A stretch of 64,000 bases of DNA. Source: a virus. Positions 36,789 through 45,980 of this stretch are shown here, piece by piece; position 1 is the first letter of the stretch, and each line of letters starts with the position of its first letter. The notes under the pieces were generated by a model. It had not been told where the DNA came from, did no database searches, and saw only the letters and a program-made list of their open reading frames with translations. A program made the position numbers and the translations under genes. The DNA lies in the IMG/VR virus record IMGVR_UViG_3300036823_000160, positions 13,537 through 77,536 of that record. One strand, written 5' to 3'.

Positions 36789-36809
36789 CCCGAATTGTGA
36801 CCAGTGAAC
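36776..36809. promoter_or_regulatory. 12-bp perfect inverted repeat (putative operator)
   Basis: GTTCACTGGTCA-N10-TGACCAGTGAAC at the sigma gene 5' end. Confidence 0.7.
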
Positions 36810-36848
36810 GACCGAATCGTCACGATGGGGGGATCTCCTAGAACGAGA

Positions 36849-37808
36849 TCACACCGCGCAGAGGGCCGCGAACGTGACGACGTCGAGCACGCCATCCTGC
36901 GTCAAACCGCGCGACGCCTTGAACGCATCCAGCGCAGCTCGCGTGAGGGTGCCGTAGCCGCCGTCGATGTTGCCGATCGCCTTGCACGCGTCGAGGGACA
37001 GCGCCGCGAGCTTGCCCTGCATCCACGCGACGAGCGGGCCGGTGTCGCCCGGCAGTGTGCACGTGAACTCGTTGATGTCCGCGGTCTTGTTGTGGCCTTC
37101 GAGCCCGAGCGCGTCGCCCTGGATCTGGCGGATGCGCACGCCCTGCGCCTTCCACGGATCGGGTGCGCGGTGGTAGTCGCGCGGGTCCCAGGACGCCGGC
37201 CCGAAGTGGATCGTCGGCGGCTCGACGTGGTCGACCGGCTGATCGGCCGCGAGCCGATACGCGGTCTTGATCCACGGGATCGTCGTCGAGATCCAGGCCG
37301 CGTTCGGCAGCCCGAGGTCGTACCACTGCATGTACGACGAGTAGAGAACGGGCGCGACACCGAACTGGTCCTGGAGCTCGAACACGAGCTGGCGGATCTG
37401 CTCGAGCAGGAACGCCTTCGAGGTTTTGGTCCAGATTGCGCTCGAGCCGGACTCGACATCGAGGGCCGGCGGCAGGTCCACGCCCTTGATGAAGTCGCCG
37501 GCGTTCTTGTTCACGGCGACCTGGGCCTTGGCCGCGGCGGCCGTCGTCCCCCATCCGGGGAACAAGTACCGGCCACCGACGATGCCGGCCTTGCGAAGGC
37601 GGTCGATGTCACGCGCGTAGTACGTGTCCGGGTACACGTGCTGGGACGCCTTCAGGTAGCCGAACTCGTAGTCGGCGGCACGCGTCTTGTCGTAGTCGGG
37701 GGGCGCGTTCCCGTCGACAGCCGCGGTGTCGAAGCCGCGCCGGATCCGCTTCGGCGTGACCAGGTTCGGCGGAACCGGAGTCGTGTTCGGCGGCGCGTTG
37801 GCGGTCAC
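36849..37808 (-). CDS. endolysin: GH25 muramidase + peptidoglycan-binding domain
   Basis: GFDTA, FGYLKAS, GGRYLF, LPPALDVE; IDGGYGTLTRAALDAFK...DGVL. Confidence 0.88.
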   Translation of the reverse strand: MTANAPPNTTPVPPNLVTPKRIRRGFDTAAVDGNAPPDYDKTRAADYEFGYLKASQHVYPDTYYARDIDRLRKAGIVGGRYLFPGWGTTAAAAKAQVAVNKNAGDFIKGVDLPPALDVESGSSAIWTKTSKAFLLEQIRQLVFELQDQFGVAPVLYSSYMQWYDLGLPNAAWISTTIPWIKTAYRLAADQPVDHVEPPTIHFGPASWDPRDYHRAPDPWKAQGVRIRQIQGDALGLEGHNKTADINEFTCTLPGDTGPLVAWMQGKLAALSLDACKAIGNIDGGYGTLTRAALDAFKASRGLTQDGVLDVVTFAALCAV

Positions 37809-38533
37809 GAGCGGCCTCCCTTCCGCTTCGCCGGCTCGGACACGCGTTGCGCTAGTTCGGCCTTGATCTGGCTTGTCGAAAGACCCGACTCTGCGAACGC
37901 GGCCGAGTTTTCGAAAAAGAACATGTACGCCTCCTCCCACGAGCTGAAACGACGCCCGACGAGGAATGGGGTAGATACCGACTTCGAGTACGGGACCGGA
38001 GCCGATGTGCGGCGGTCCGCGATGCGCCGGCGCTCGGCGGCGGGATCATCCTTCTGCGCGAGTTCCTCGCTGGTGGTAGCGGTCACGGCTTCGAGCTCCG
38101 CGGCCCACGGCTGCCCCGGGTCCGCGGGCAAGAGCCCGTCATCGACGGCACAGGTGACACCGATCAGGAGCGACGCGATCGCGTGAGAAAGGTCGGGCAG
38201 CCCCGAGGCCGGGAAGTCCTTCTTGGCAACATCGTCAACCACGGACGCGGCCTCGGCAAGGTCGCCGCCCGTACCAAGCGCTCGGTTGATCTGGTCAGCG
38301 ACCTTCGACAGGTGCCGCGCGGTCGCGTCGATGTACCCGAGCAGCCTCTTGGCCCCGGCGACGTCGGCAGTACCGAGTTCCTCTGGCGGCGGGTTATGGT
38401 AGTTCCCGCGGGCGTAGCAGTCCGCCCCGAACTCGATCGCGCGTGTGCCGTGGATCAGACCGTGACGAGGTAGAATCGAGAGCTTGGGCCTGGCTCCTCC
38501 AACCAGGCCGGACTTCATGTCGCCGAGCTTCAT
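37805..38533 (-). CDS. dATP/dGTP diphosphohydrolase-like (DUF5664) protein
   Basis: PKLSILP, FGA..Y...NY, YIDATARHL, SGLP.LSHA.ASL. Confidence 0.75.
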   Translation of the reverse strand: MKLGDMKSGLVGGARPKLSILPRHGLIHGTRAIEFGADCYARGNYHNPPPEELGTADVAGAKRLLGYIDATARHLSKVADQINRALGTGGDLAEAASVVDDVAKKDFPASGLPDLSHAIASLLIGVTCAVDDGLLPADPGQPWAAELEAVTATTSEELAQKDDPAAERRRIADRRTSAPVPYSKSVSTPFLVGRRFSSWEEAYMFFFENSAAFAESGLSTSQIKAELAQRVSEPAKRKGGRS

Positions 38534-38541
38534 CGCATCCC

Positions 38542-38568
38542 GAACCCGATGAGGGTGGTCGCGCTTTC
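38542..38568 (-). promoter_or_regulatory. ECF-type promoter motif
   Basis: GAAAGC-N15-GGGTTC on - strand, ATG 8 nt downstream. Confidence 0.8.
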
Positions 38569-38578
38569 GCTGGCGCGA

Positions 38579-39970
38579 TCAGGCCGCGACCTGGCGCACG
38601 CCGACGGTGTTGCGCTGGATCCGACCGTGAACGCGATGGATCACGTCGCACTTCATGTCCTGGCCTGAACGGTACCCCTTGCTCGCGTGCCAGCCGTCCT
38701 TCGGTGCGAGCGTGCGGAGGGTCTCGACTATGACGCCCGGGAACTCCTTGAGCGAGTCGTGGTGTACGTGGCCGGTGTAGAAGTAGCGGAACTCGGTCTC
38801 GCCCCAGTCCTGTTTGCGATCGCAAGCCATGACCGCCGGTAGCTCCGTAGGCTTGCACGTGTCGCCGTGTGTGACGCCGATCAGGTTCGCGCCAAAGCGA
38901 AGCCAGTGGAACTTCGCGGGCGACGGGTCGATCGTCACGCGCGGCTCGCGCTCGTAGTACTGCTCGAGGCAGAGCGCGAGCATCACGCTCGCGTGCGTGT
39001 CGTGGTTCCCGATCTCGCAGATCACGCGCACGCTCTCGTGCTTCTCGAGCGCACGATCGATGCACCGACGCATCGCGCGGATCCCGACGCGTAGCAGTTT
39101 CGCCCAGCGTGTGTCCGTGTCCACCCGCGTCCCCGCGGTCGTGGTCCCGAACATGTTATCTACGTGGAAGAAGTCGCCCAGGTTGATGATCAGTGCCTGC
39201 TTGGCTGCAGGTGCCGACGCGACGAGTGCATCAACGGCCGCGCACAGGTTGTGCTCGGCGATCGTGAGGTCGAAGTCCTCGCCGGTCTCCTTCCCCCACG
39301 CCATCATGCCGAGGTGCGGATCGCCCATCGGGTAGACGCACAGCAGGTCCTCATCGAGCGGCGGGCTCGGGGGCGAGGCAGGCTCGGCCACGCTCTGCCA
39401 GGCGTCCGCGATCCCTGCCATGGCCGCGAGCAGCGCCGCGATTGCGGCCTGCTCCTCGGACTTGGTCTTGACCCACTGCCCGATCGCGCGCGACTCGCCG
39501 GTGTCGGGGTCGATCTTGTAGTACGTCGAGGTGCCCTTGACCAAGAAGCCTTCGGGCGTCGACTTCGTCATGTCGTGCGCGGGCGAGTATCCGCGTGTCG
39601 CCGCGCGTCGCCGCAGCTCGGAGAGATGCGCGCGAACCTGCGTCGGCGTCAGGCCGAGCTCGAGGGCCGCGTCCACCACCGAGCAAAGGCGGCTGGTGGT
39701 CTCGGCGCACGCGCGCTCCATCTCGCCGCCGAACGAGAACAGGGCCTCGCCTCCGGCGGCGATCGCGGAGACCAGCACTTCATCGTGCTCGACGCGCGAC
39801 GTGTTCGGGAAGCGCTCGGCGCGATAACCGCGTAGGTATTTGCGCTCGCACTCGCGGCAGCTGTTTCGCCAACCGCCATCGGCGCGCTTCCGATAGTGTT
39901 CGATATCGAGCAGCAGGTCCTGCTCGCACTTCGAACACCGCTTGTGGTCCGGGATCGGAATTTCCGCCAT
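38579..39970 (-). CDS. calcineurin-like metallophosphoesterase with N-terminal Zn finger
   Basis: GDPH, LGDFFH, GNHD, THGD, GHVHH; CSKC...CREC. Confidence 0.85.
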   Translation of the reverse strand: MAEIPIPDHKRCSKCEQDLLLDIEHYRKRADGGWRNSCRECERKYLRGYRAERFPNTSRVEHDEVLVSAIAAGGEALFSFGGEMERACAETTSRLCSVVDAALELGLTPTQVRAHLSELRRRAATRGYSPAHDMTKSTPEGFLVKGTSTYYKIDPDTGESRAIGQWVKTKSEEQAAIAALLAAMAGIADAWQSVAEPASPPSPPLDEDLLCVYPMGDPHLGMMAWGKETGEDFDLTIAEHNLCAAVDALVASAPAAKQALIINLGDFFHVDNMFGTTTAGTRVDTDTRWAKLLRVGIRAMRRCIDRALEKHESVRVICEIGNHDTHASVMLALCLEQYYEREPRVTIDPSPAKFHWLRFGANLIGVTHGDTCKPTELPAVMACDRKQDWGETEFRYFYTGHVHHDSLKEFPGVIVETLRTLAPKDGWHASKGYRSGQDMKCDVIHRVHGRIQRNTVGVRQVAA

Positions 39971-39980
39971 CAGGTCGTCC

Positions 39981-40007
39981 GAACCCGTAACACCTCCGGG
40001 ACCTTCC
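39981..40007 (-). promoter_or_regulatory. ECF-type promoter motif (variant)
   Basis: GGAAGG-N15-GGGTTC, ATG 10 nt downstream. Confidence 0.6.
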
Positions 40008-40009
40008 GC

Positions 40010-40735
40010 TCAGCGCGCGAGACGAAGCGCGCGCAGCATCCGGCGCAGGATCCCCGGCTTCTTGCGATCCGCGCGTCGAGCGGGGCGCCCAAGGCCGGCG
40101 GTGGCGAGCGCGGCACGGTACAGACGCATACTGCCGACCATCGTCCAGCCCTTGGCAGGGTCGAAGCGCTGCGCATAGCCACCCGACCGCACTTCGTTGG
40201 GCTTCGTGGACAGGTCGAGGTGATCGAACTGTTCGCCCTTGGCGCCCGAGGGCTCGAACGCCTCCGGCGTGTTGAAGTTCGAGAGCGCGACACCGTCTAG
40301 CGTGTACACGTCCCCTTCGACGCGATCACAGACCTCGCGGTCCCAGACCGTCCCGTCATCGAGTTCGACGCACGCGTGCAGGCGGGGATCCCCGCGTAGC
40401 TCGAGCGCCTCGTGACTCGCCGGCACCGTCCACGGGTCGCCGGCCTGGCGCGCGAGCGCGACGTAGACGTGTGCGACCGGTGTACCGTCGGGAAGCCGAT
40501 CGTGGATCGCGAGCGCGCCCTGCACGGTCGCGGGCGGCTGCGCGTGAAGCTGGATCTGGATCTCGCCCGCGAGCGCTGGCGTCGCTGGCGTCGCTGCGCG
40601 AACTTCATCGAGCAGCCCGAGACCGTCCCACGTAGGTGCGAAGTCCTCCCGGAGCTGTCGCTGCTGTGCGGCTGCGTACGCGGTGCGCTCCACGAGAGGC
40701 ACACCTGCATCGATATCGACGACGACGAACTTCAC
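40010..40735 (-). CDS. zincin-like hypothetical protein
   Basis: GALAIH, ASHEALE...DP, EVCDRVE, LSNF. Confidence 0.6.
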   Translation of the reverse strand: MKFVVVDIDAGVPLVERTAYAAAQQRQLREDFAPTWDGLGLLDEVRAATPATPALAGEIQIQLHAQPPATVQGALAIHDRLPDGTPVAHVYVALARQAGDPWTVPASHEALELRGDPRLHACVELDDGTVWDREVCDRVEGDVYTLDGVALSNFNTPEAFEPSGAKGEQFDHLDLSTKPNEVRSGGYAQRFDPAKGWTMVGSMRLYRAALATAGLGRPARRADRKKPGILRRMLRALRLAR

Positions 40736-41229
40736 TTGCCCCAGCCGCGGCGTGCCGCGAGCTCGACCAGCAGCAGGTGCTCGGGCGACGGATCCGCATG
40801 GATCGCGGGCGCCGACCCGGTGCCGGCACTACCGGCAGAGCCCGAACCGCTGCCCTGTCCGATCCCGAGCTTGTCCTTGACCACGCACGAGACGACGGGT
40901 TCGCCGTACTTCTCGATCAACGGCAGGATCGCGGCCTCGAGCGCCGCAACAACGCCGCCCGAAGCCGCGATCGCGGCGACCTCGGCCGCGATCTCCTCGG
41001 CGACCTGGAGCACGTCGATGCCCTTGGCCGCGGCCTGCTCCTCGGTTGCGGCGCAGGTGGAGATCTGCGTGCCGGTGGTCTTGGCCTCGCTCGTGAACCA
41101 CGCGCATGCGGCGGTCCCGCTGAGCCCCACGAACATGAACAGCGCCAGGGTGATCGACAAGGCGCCGACTTCCCGAGCGAGATGCCGAACAGCGTTGCGA
41201 ACGAAGGATGATAGGGTGCGAGCGGTCAC
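40732..41229 (-). CDS. membrane/lipoprotein in the lysis region
   Basis: Hydrophobic stretch ending TAAC. Confidence 0.55.
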   Translation of the reverse strand: MTARTLSSFVRNAVRHLAREVGALSITLALFMFVGLSGTAACAWFTSEAKTTGTQISTCAATEEQAAAKGIDVLQVAEEIAAEVAAIAASGGVVAALEAAILPLIEKYGEPVVSCVVKDKLGIGQGSGSGSAGSAGTGSAPAIHADPSPEHLLLVELAARRGWGK

Positions 41230-41246
41230 GTGCGGTCTCCTGGTTT

Positions 41247-41747
41247 TCAGTTCGCGGTCGGCGGCGCCGGCGCGACGGGGGTTGACGGAGTCGCGGTCGG
41301 AGCCGGAACCGCGCACGGCGCACCATCGGTGCGGTGACAGAACACCCAGAGCACGCACCGCAGCAGCATCTTCGTCCTCGGGCCGGCCTGGGCTTCCCAT
41401 CGACAGAGGACCGGAGTCACGAGCAGGTTCTTGAGCATTCCGTAGCCGCCGGCCGCGATGACAGCGACACCCGCCGCGGTCTCCGCGATCGTAGGTGTCA
41501 GGGGCGTGCCACCAGACAGTGCCGTGACCAGTGCACCACCGAACGAACCGAGGAGGACCAGGACGGCCGAGCCGGCGTCCGTGTGCAGGAACGGCCAACG
41601 CGGGCCGAGATAGCGCCGCGCGAGCGCGACGGCGAGTACGAGCACGAGGGCGCCTGCGTAAGCGTGGTGGCCGACGTGCCAGGCCGATTCGATGTCCTGG
41701 ATCCCGGGGAGACCGGTATCCGTGGTGCTGAGCGAACTGGAACCCAT
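41247..41747 (-). CDS. multi-TM membrane protein (holin candidate)
   Basis: Three hydrophobic segments between tail genes and endolysin. Confidence 0.5.
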   Translation of the reverse strand: MGSSSLSTTDTGLPGIQDIESAWHVGHHAYAGALVLVLAVALARRYLGPRWPFLHTDAGSAVLVLLGSFGGALVTALSGGTPLTPTIAETAAGVAVIAAGGYGMLKNLLVTPVLCRWEAQAGPRTKMLLRCVLWVFCHRTDGAPCAVPAPTATPSTPVAPAPPTAN

Positions 41748-41803
41748 CCTGGCGGAACCCTACCGCACGGCGCGGCCGATGCCCAGTCAATCACTGGTCT
41801 CGC

Positions 41804-42412
41804 TCAGAGCGATTGCGCGACCTGGTACCCGACAGCCCCCACGCCGTAGACCTGGGACGTGGTTGCCGGGTTGAGGTCGATGTCGAACCAGTATGCGACG
41901 CCGTCCAACACGGTCTCCGGGGTACCAAGGGTAAGTGTCGTCTTGAGGTGGCCAGGCGAGATCGAGCCGGTGAACTGGATCGTCGCGAGTGCGGTCGCGG
42001 CCGAGCCGTCGAGGGAGCCGCGCATGAGCTTGCACGTACACTCGGGCGTGTCAATGCCGGTGCCGTAGGTGAAATCGATCCCGATGTTCGTGATGACCTC
42101 GCCGGGCTTCGGGGAAATCGGGATTCCGCTGATCGTGCCTTCGTTGCCCGACGTGTTCGAGTAGAAGCCGGTGGAGCTCGACCGCACCACGTGCGAGTTG
42201 AGGTCGCCGCGCGGCGGCAGCCACGTCCAGTTCGCGGCACCGAGTACGGACAGCCACAGGATCCACGCGGCGACAAGCGCCATCCAGCCGTTCATCTCCG
42301 TCGAGATCGGAATCTCGTCGACGGCGTAGCCGTCGGTCTTGTGCCCAGACGTCGTCGGGGTGGAGTTCGTGCCGTTCGTGTCCCAGGTAGGGACGGTGCT
42401 TGGTGCGCTCAT
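41804..42412 (-). CDS. putative tail/baseplate protein
   Basis: N-term P.W...K..G....P....MN.W typical of fibre anchors; follows the wedge gene. Confidence 0.55.
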   Translation of the reverse strand: MSAPSTVPTWDTNGTNSTPTTSGHKTDGYAVDEIPISTEMNGWMALVAAWILWLSVLGAANWTWLPPRGDLNSHVVRSSSTGFYSNTSGNEGTISGIPISPKPGEVITNIGIDFTYGTGIDTPECTCKLMRGSLDGSAATALATIQFTGSISPGHLKTTLTLGTPETVLDGVAYWFDIDLNPATTSQVYGVGAVGYQVAQSL

Positions 42413-42424
42413 GATGTTCTCCGA

Positions 42425-43069
42425 TCAGCCAATGGCCCCGGCCAGGTGGCCGGTGTCCCAGCCGGGTCCCGAGTCGAAGCGAAACGTGTTCGCGGGCGGG
42501 CTCTCCGAGTACTCGAGGAGCAGTCGCACGCCCGCCGCGTGCGCCTGGTAGGCGAGGTCGTGCCCGATGATCGCGACCGCAGTCGTGATCGCGACCTCGG
42601 TCACGCGAATCACGAGTGTCGCGACGCCCTCGCGCTCGACCCGATAGACGGCGCCGGGTTCGTTGATGGCGAGTGTCGTGACGAGAATCAGATCCTCGGT
42701 CGTGCCGCGCGACCGGTTCACCGCGATGCGCGCGCGGCAGTAGCGCCGATAGTCGTCGTCGGACATCCCGTTGCGAACCTGGCCGACGATCTTGCCGACG
42801 AGATCGAGCTGGACGCCGATCGCGTCGTCGAGCGTGATTCCGGCGAGGAGCGCGCGGTACGCGGTCTCGATGTCGAGGAACGGCGTCACGACGGCCTGCG
42901 TGATCGCGGTCGTGATCGGGTTCTCTTTGCAGTACTCGCACAGCCGATTCAACGCCGCATCAATTAGCGACCTGTCGACCATGACTGGAACAGGTGCCGG
43001 AGGAGTCGGTCCAGCGCCGTCGTCCCCGAAGATGGGGCCAAAGACACCGTCGAAAATGATGCCAAACAT
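42425..43069 (-). CDS. baseplate wedge protein (DUF2612-like)
   Basis: AIGVQLDLVGKIVGQVR..MSDDDYR. Confidence 0.85.
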   Translation of the reverse strand: MFGIIFDGVFGPIFGDDGAGPTPPAPVPVMVDRSLIDAALNRLCEYCKENPITTAITQAVVTPFLDIETAYRALLAGITLDDAIGVQLDLVGKIVGQVRNGMSDDDYRRYCRARIAVNRSRGTTEDLILVTTLAINEPGAVYRVEREGVATLVIRVTEVAITTAVAIIGHDLAYQAHAAGVRLLLEYSESPPANTFRFDSGPGWDTGHLAGAIG

Positions 43070-43076
43070 TGATGTC

Positions 43077-44189
43077 TTAGCTCAGGTCGTTGTAAGTGAC
43101 TGCGGTAACACCGTCCGCCGTGACGGTCATCGTGACCGCGTTCTTGGTATCCGCGGCGTCGCGCACCACAACCGTGCCCGTCGAGTAACCGGACTTCTTA
43201 GCGAGTGCGAGCCGGAACACTCCACGAAGCACGTCCCCAAGCGTCTTCGATCCTTCGATGGCCGTTGCGACAACAGCGGCTGCAATTGTGGAAGCACTTG
43301 GCGCCGCGACCGCCGCTGCGATTGTGCCTGCTGAAGGGATATCGGTTGGCTGTGCGCGCGTGCTGACAGCCACGTCCAGATTTGCGATCACCTTGCCTGC
43401 ACTGCCCGCTCCAAACGACCCAGGGACCGCCGTGCCAAGAACGGTGCTCGCCACAGTCGCGGCGCTTGGAACGTCCGACGGCTGTGCGCGCGATGACACG
43501 GAAGCATTGAGGTTCGTATTCAGTAGTGCTCCAAGCGTGCTTGCGGTCGTGTGTGCGCTGGCGATCTCGTCCCAGACAGCGCCTAGGGCGTTCGCCGCGA
43601 AGGCTGCCGCGGTAAGGGCAGCGGCTCCAACCGATCCCATATTGGCATCCACACGACCACTGACCAGCCCGTTGGGCGTGCCGCCGAGCCAGAGGTTCAG
43701 GTTCGCGCGCGCGTTACCGGCACCGTCCACACTGATCTGGCCGGTGCTCGTTCCGAGAGTAGGTAGGCCGCCGGCCGCCGACGCGTTGGCGTTCGGTAGT
43801 GCCGTTAGCCCGTTACGAACCGCGTCATAGTCGTCGGCCACAGCGACCTGCAGCGCGATTTCACGCTGTTCCATCACCTTCGTTCCTCCGCTGCTCACGA
43901 TGCTGATGTTCAGGACGCCGAGCGTGTCGACATCGCCGGCAGCGAGTTCGAGGTAGAACAGGCCCTTCTTCCTCGTCGAGTCGACTTCGGTGATCGTCCC
44001 CGTCGTCGAGAGCGCGGTCCCCGACCCCGTGGAGCCACCGGTCTTATAGAGCCAGACGGTGAACGAGCCTGCGCCGCCGATCCCCATGTCCGAAGCAGAG
44101 ATCCGGCTCTGGAGAGAGGTTGTATCGACAGCAGTGAAGTACACACGACGGCGGTTGGCCGTGGACTGGTTCAGGAGAACGCGTTGCAT
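43077..44189 (-). CDS. putative virion fibre/accessory protein
   Basis: Ala/Thr/Gly-rich with duplicated VS[ST]RAQP.D.PSA. Confidence 0.65.
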   Translation of the reverse strand: MQRVLLNQSTANRRRVYFTAVDTTSLQSRISASDMGIGGAGSFTVWLYKTGGSTGSGTALSTTGTITEVDSTRKKGLFYLELAAGDVDTLGVLNISIVSSGGTKVMEQREIALQVAVADDYDAVRNGLTALPNANASAAGGLPTLGTSTGQISVDGAGNARANLNLWLGGTPNGLVSGRVDANMGSVGAAALTAAAFAANALGAVWDEIASAHTTASTLGALLNTNLNASVSSRAQPSDVPSAATVASTVLGTAVPGSFGAGSAGKVIANLDVAVSTRAQPTDIPSAGTIAAAVAAPSASTIAAAVVATAIEGSKTLGDVLRGVFRLALAKKSGYSTGTVVVRDAADTKNAVTMTVTADGVTAVTYNDLS

Positions 44190-44201
44190 GTTATTAGGTC
44201 C

Positions 44202-45980
44202 TCACCAAGTGACGTTGTCGCCGAGGGTCTTGAGTCGGTTCCTGACAACCACGTCGGTCATCTCGGCACCTGATCCAATCCATAGCTGGACCTGCGCGTA
44301 CTTGCAGTTTGCTGACGAGTCGCCGCCCTTACCCCAACTAAAAAACGTCGCCGTGGACGTCGCCCACGGCACCGTTAGGCGCTGCCCCGGCGTGTAGACC
44401 ATGTGACGACTGTTCGTAACGTCGTGAAGCATCAGAATACGTACGCGCGTGCCAACGATCGACTGCGTGCCGGTAATCGTGTTCGACCCGTTGACACACT
44501 TGAGCAGGCCGCCGGTCGTAACCCGGACGTCGAGGCCGCCGTAGCTCGCGATGCTGCGCTCGGCGCTCGGTGCCGTCGGAATCAGCACGTCGACCATGAA
44601 CGCGATCGAGTTCGTGGACGCGCTCGGGCTGGAGTTGTATAGGAATCGTGCAGTCGAACTGCCATCCGCGACCGTGAGCGCCTTGCGGTTTGCGCTACCG
44701 AAGGTGTCGCTGTAGGTCCACGACACGGCGCCGTTCACAACTGCTGCGTTTGAGCCGATACCGTCGGCCGCATTGCCGGTCGTGTCCTGACAGCCCCACT
44801 GATCCGTCGGCGTGGCGCCCCCATCGACCGCGTTGGCCGCAGCCCACTCGGTCGAGCTCGCCGGATAACCGATCCCGTTCCCGGAGTCGACGGTCCATGC
44901 GGGCAGTACAGTCTTCGTAGCAGGAACGAGGTTCGCCTTACCGCTGTCATCCTCGACTGTAAGCGACACTGTGTACGGGCCACTGCTTGCGTAGGTATGA
45001 GAAGGGTTCTGTGATGTCGAGTGGTTGCCGTCTCCGAAGTCCCAGTTCCAGGCCGTGATCGTCCCGTCATCGTCGGTTGATGTATCGGTGAACGCCACGG
45101 TAAGGCCCGACGGCGCGATCGTGAACGACGCGACGGGGCGTACATCGATGCTGAGCGCCGATAGGATTTGCTTGCCAAATCGCCGCCCCAGCGTGACGAG
45201 ACTGTCGGCCGTGAAGTGTACGCCCGTCCCGCCAACCATCGACAGATCATCGACGTTGAACATATACACGTTGGTGTTCCCCGAGATGAACGACGCCTCT
45301 TGGGTCCTGACCGTTGACGTGAACGTCTGACCGGTAGAACTGCCGAGTTCGTAGATCACGAACGGTGCGCTTGGCCAGATCGCACGAAGTCCTGCCAGGA
45401 TCGCGGACTGGTTCGCGTTGTAGTTCGCGGATAGTGTCGCGTCCTGTGAGTCGGTCTCGCCGGAGCAGGAGACGAACGCGACGATGTTCCCGTTGAGTGC
45501 GATCTCCTGCGCCTTCCAGAAGTTCACCGCCTGCGTGAATGCGTTCGGGCTGCCTCCTGGGCTTGTCGGATACGTGCTCGTCGGTAGCCATTGAGCGAGT
45601 GAACTCGATGCGATGGCGAACTTGCACATCGCCCACTCCGGCGTCGACTGTGCATCATTGAGATAGCGTGAGAGCGAGAAGTCGGGGCCGAACTGGTCCG
45701 ACCCGTTTGCACCGACGTACGACGCGATTGGTCCCGTCGTGAAGGGGCCTAGAAACGGAATAGGGTCCGTGTTCGACGATGCCGCGATCATCGCGAGCGT
45801 TACCGGCGTGAATGGGGTGTTGTAGGTCGAAGGAAGCAGTGTCGTCAGGAGACTAGTCTCCTGTGACGGGCCAAGTCCGTTGTTGGACTGCCCCATGAAC
45901 GCGATCAGCTTCCGCCGGGGGACGAGCGACTCCTGATCGCGCAGGTAGCTGAAGCCGATGTCTGCCCCGAGGTAGTTCAA
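44202..45980 (-). CDS. SASA/SGNH carbohydrate esterase + PKD + lectin-like domain protein
   Basis: FMGQSN, GETDS, VHF; PKD WNWDFGDG...NPSHTY; TTG start overlaps upstream TGA. Confidence 0.8.
   Translation of the reverse strand: MNYLGADIGFSYLRDQESLVPRRKLIAFMGQSNNGLGPSQETSLLTTLLPSTYNTPFTPVTLAMIAASSNTDPIPFLGPFTTGPIASYVGANGSDQFGPDFSLSRYLNDAQSTPEWAMCKFAIASSSLAQWLPTSTYPTSPGGSPNAFTQAVNFWKAQEIALNGNIVAFVSCSGETDSQDATLSANYNANQSAILAGLRAIWPSAPFVIYELGSSTGQTFTSTVRTQEASFISGNTNVYMFNVDDLSMVGGTGVHFTADSLVTLGRRFGKQILSALSIDVRPVASFTIAPSGLTVAFTDTSTDDDGTITAWNWDFGDGNHSTSQNPSHTYASSGPYTVSLTVEDDSGKANLVPATKTVLPAWTVDSGNGIGYPASSTEWAAANAVDGGATPTDQWGCQDTTGNAADGIGSNAAVVNGAVSWTYSDTFGSANRKALTVADGSSTARFLYNSSPSASTNSIAFMVDVLIPTAPSAERSIASYGGLDVRVTTGGLLKCVNGSNTITGTQSIVGTRVRILMLHDVTNSRHMVYTPGQRLTVPWATSTATFFSWGKGGDSSANCKYAQVQLWIGSGAEMTDVVVRNRLKTLGDNVTW

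Noticed and set aside
37805-38533. 2-aminoadenine (Z) or 7-deazaguanine genome
   Set aside because: DUF5664 alone is insufficient; no purZ, datZ, dpdA or queC/D/E recognised in the window.
41755-41781. Additional ECF promoter before the holin candidate
   Set aside because: GGGTTC lies 7 nt from the ATG but there is no matching -35 box at 15-16 nt.
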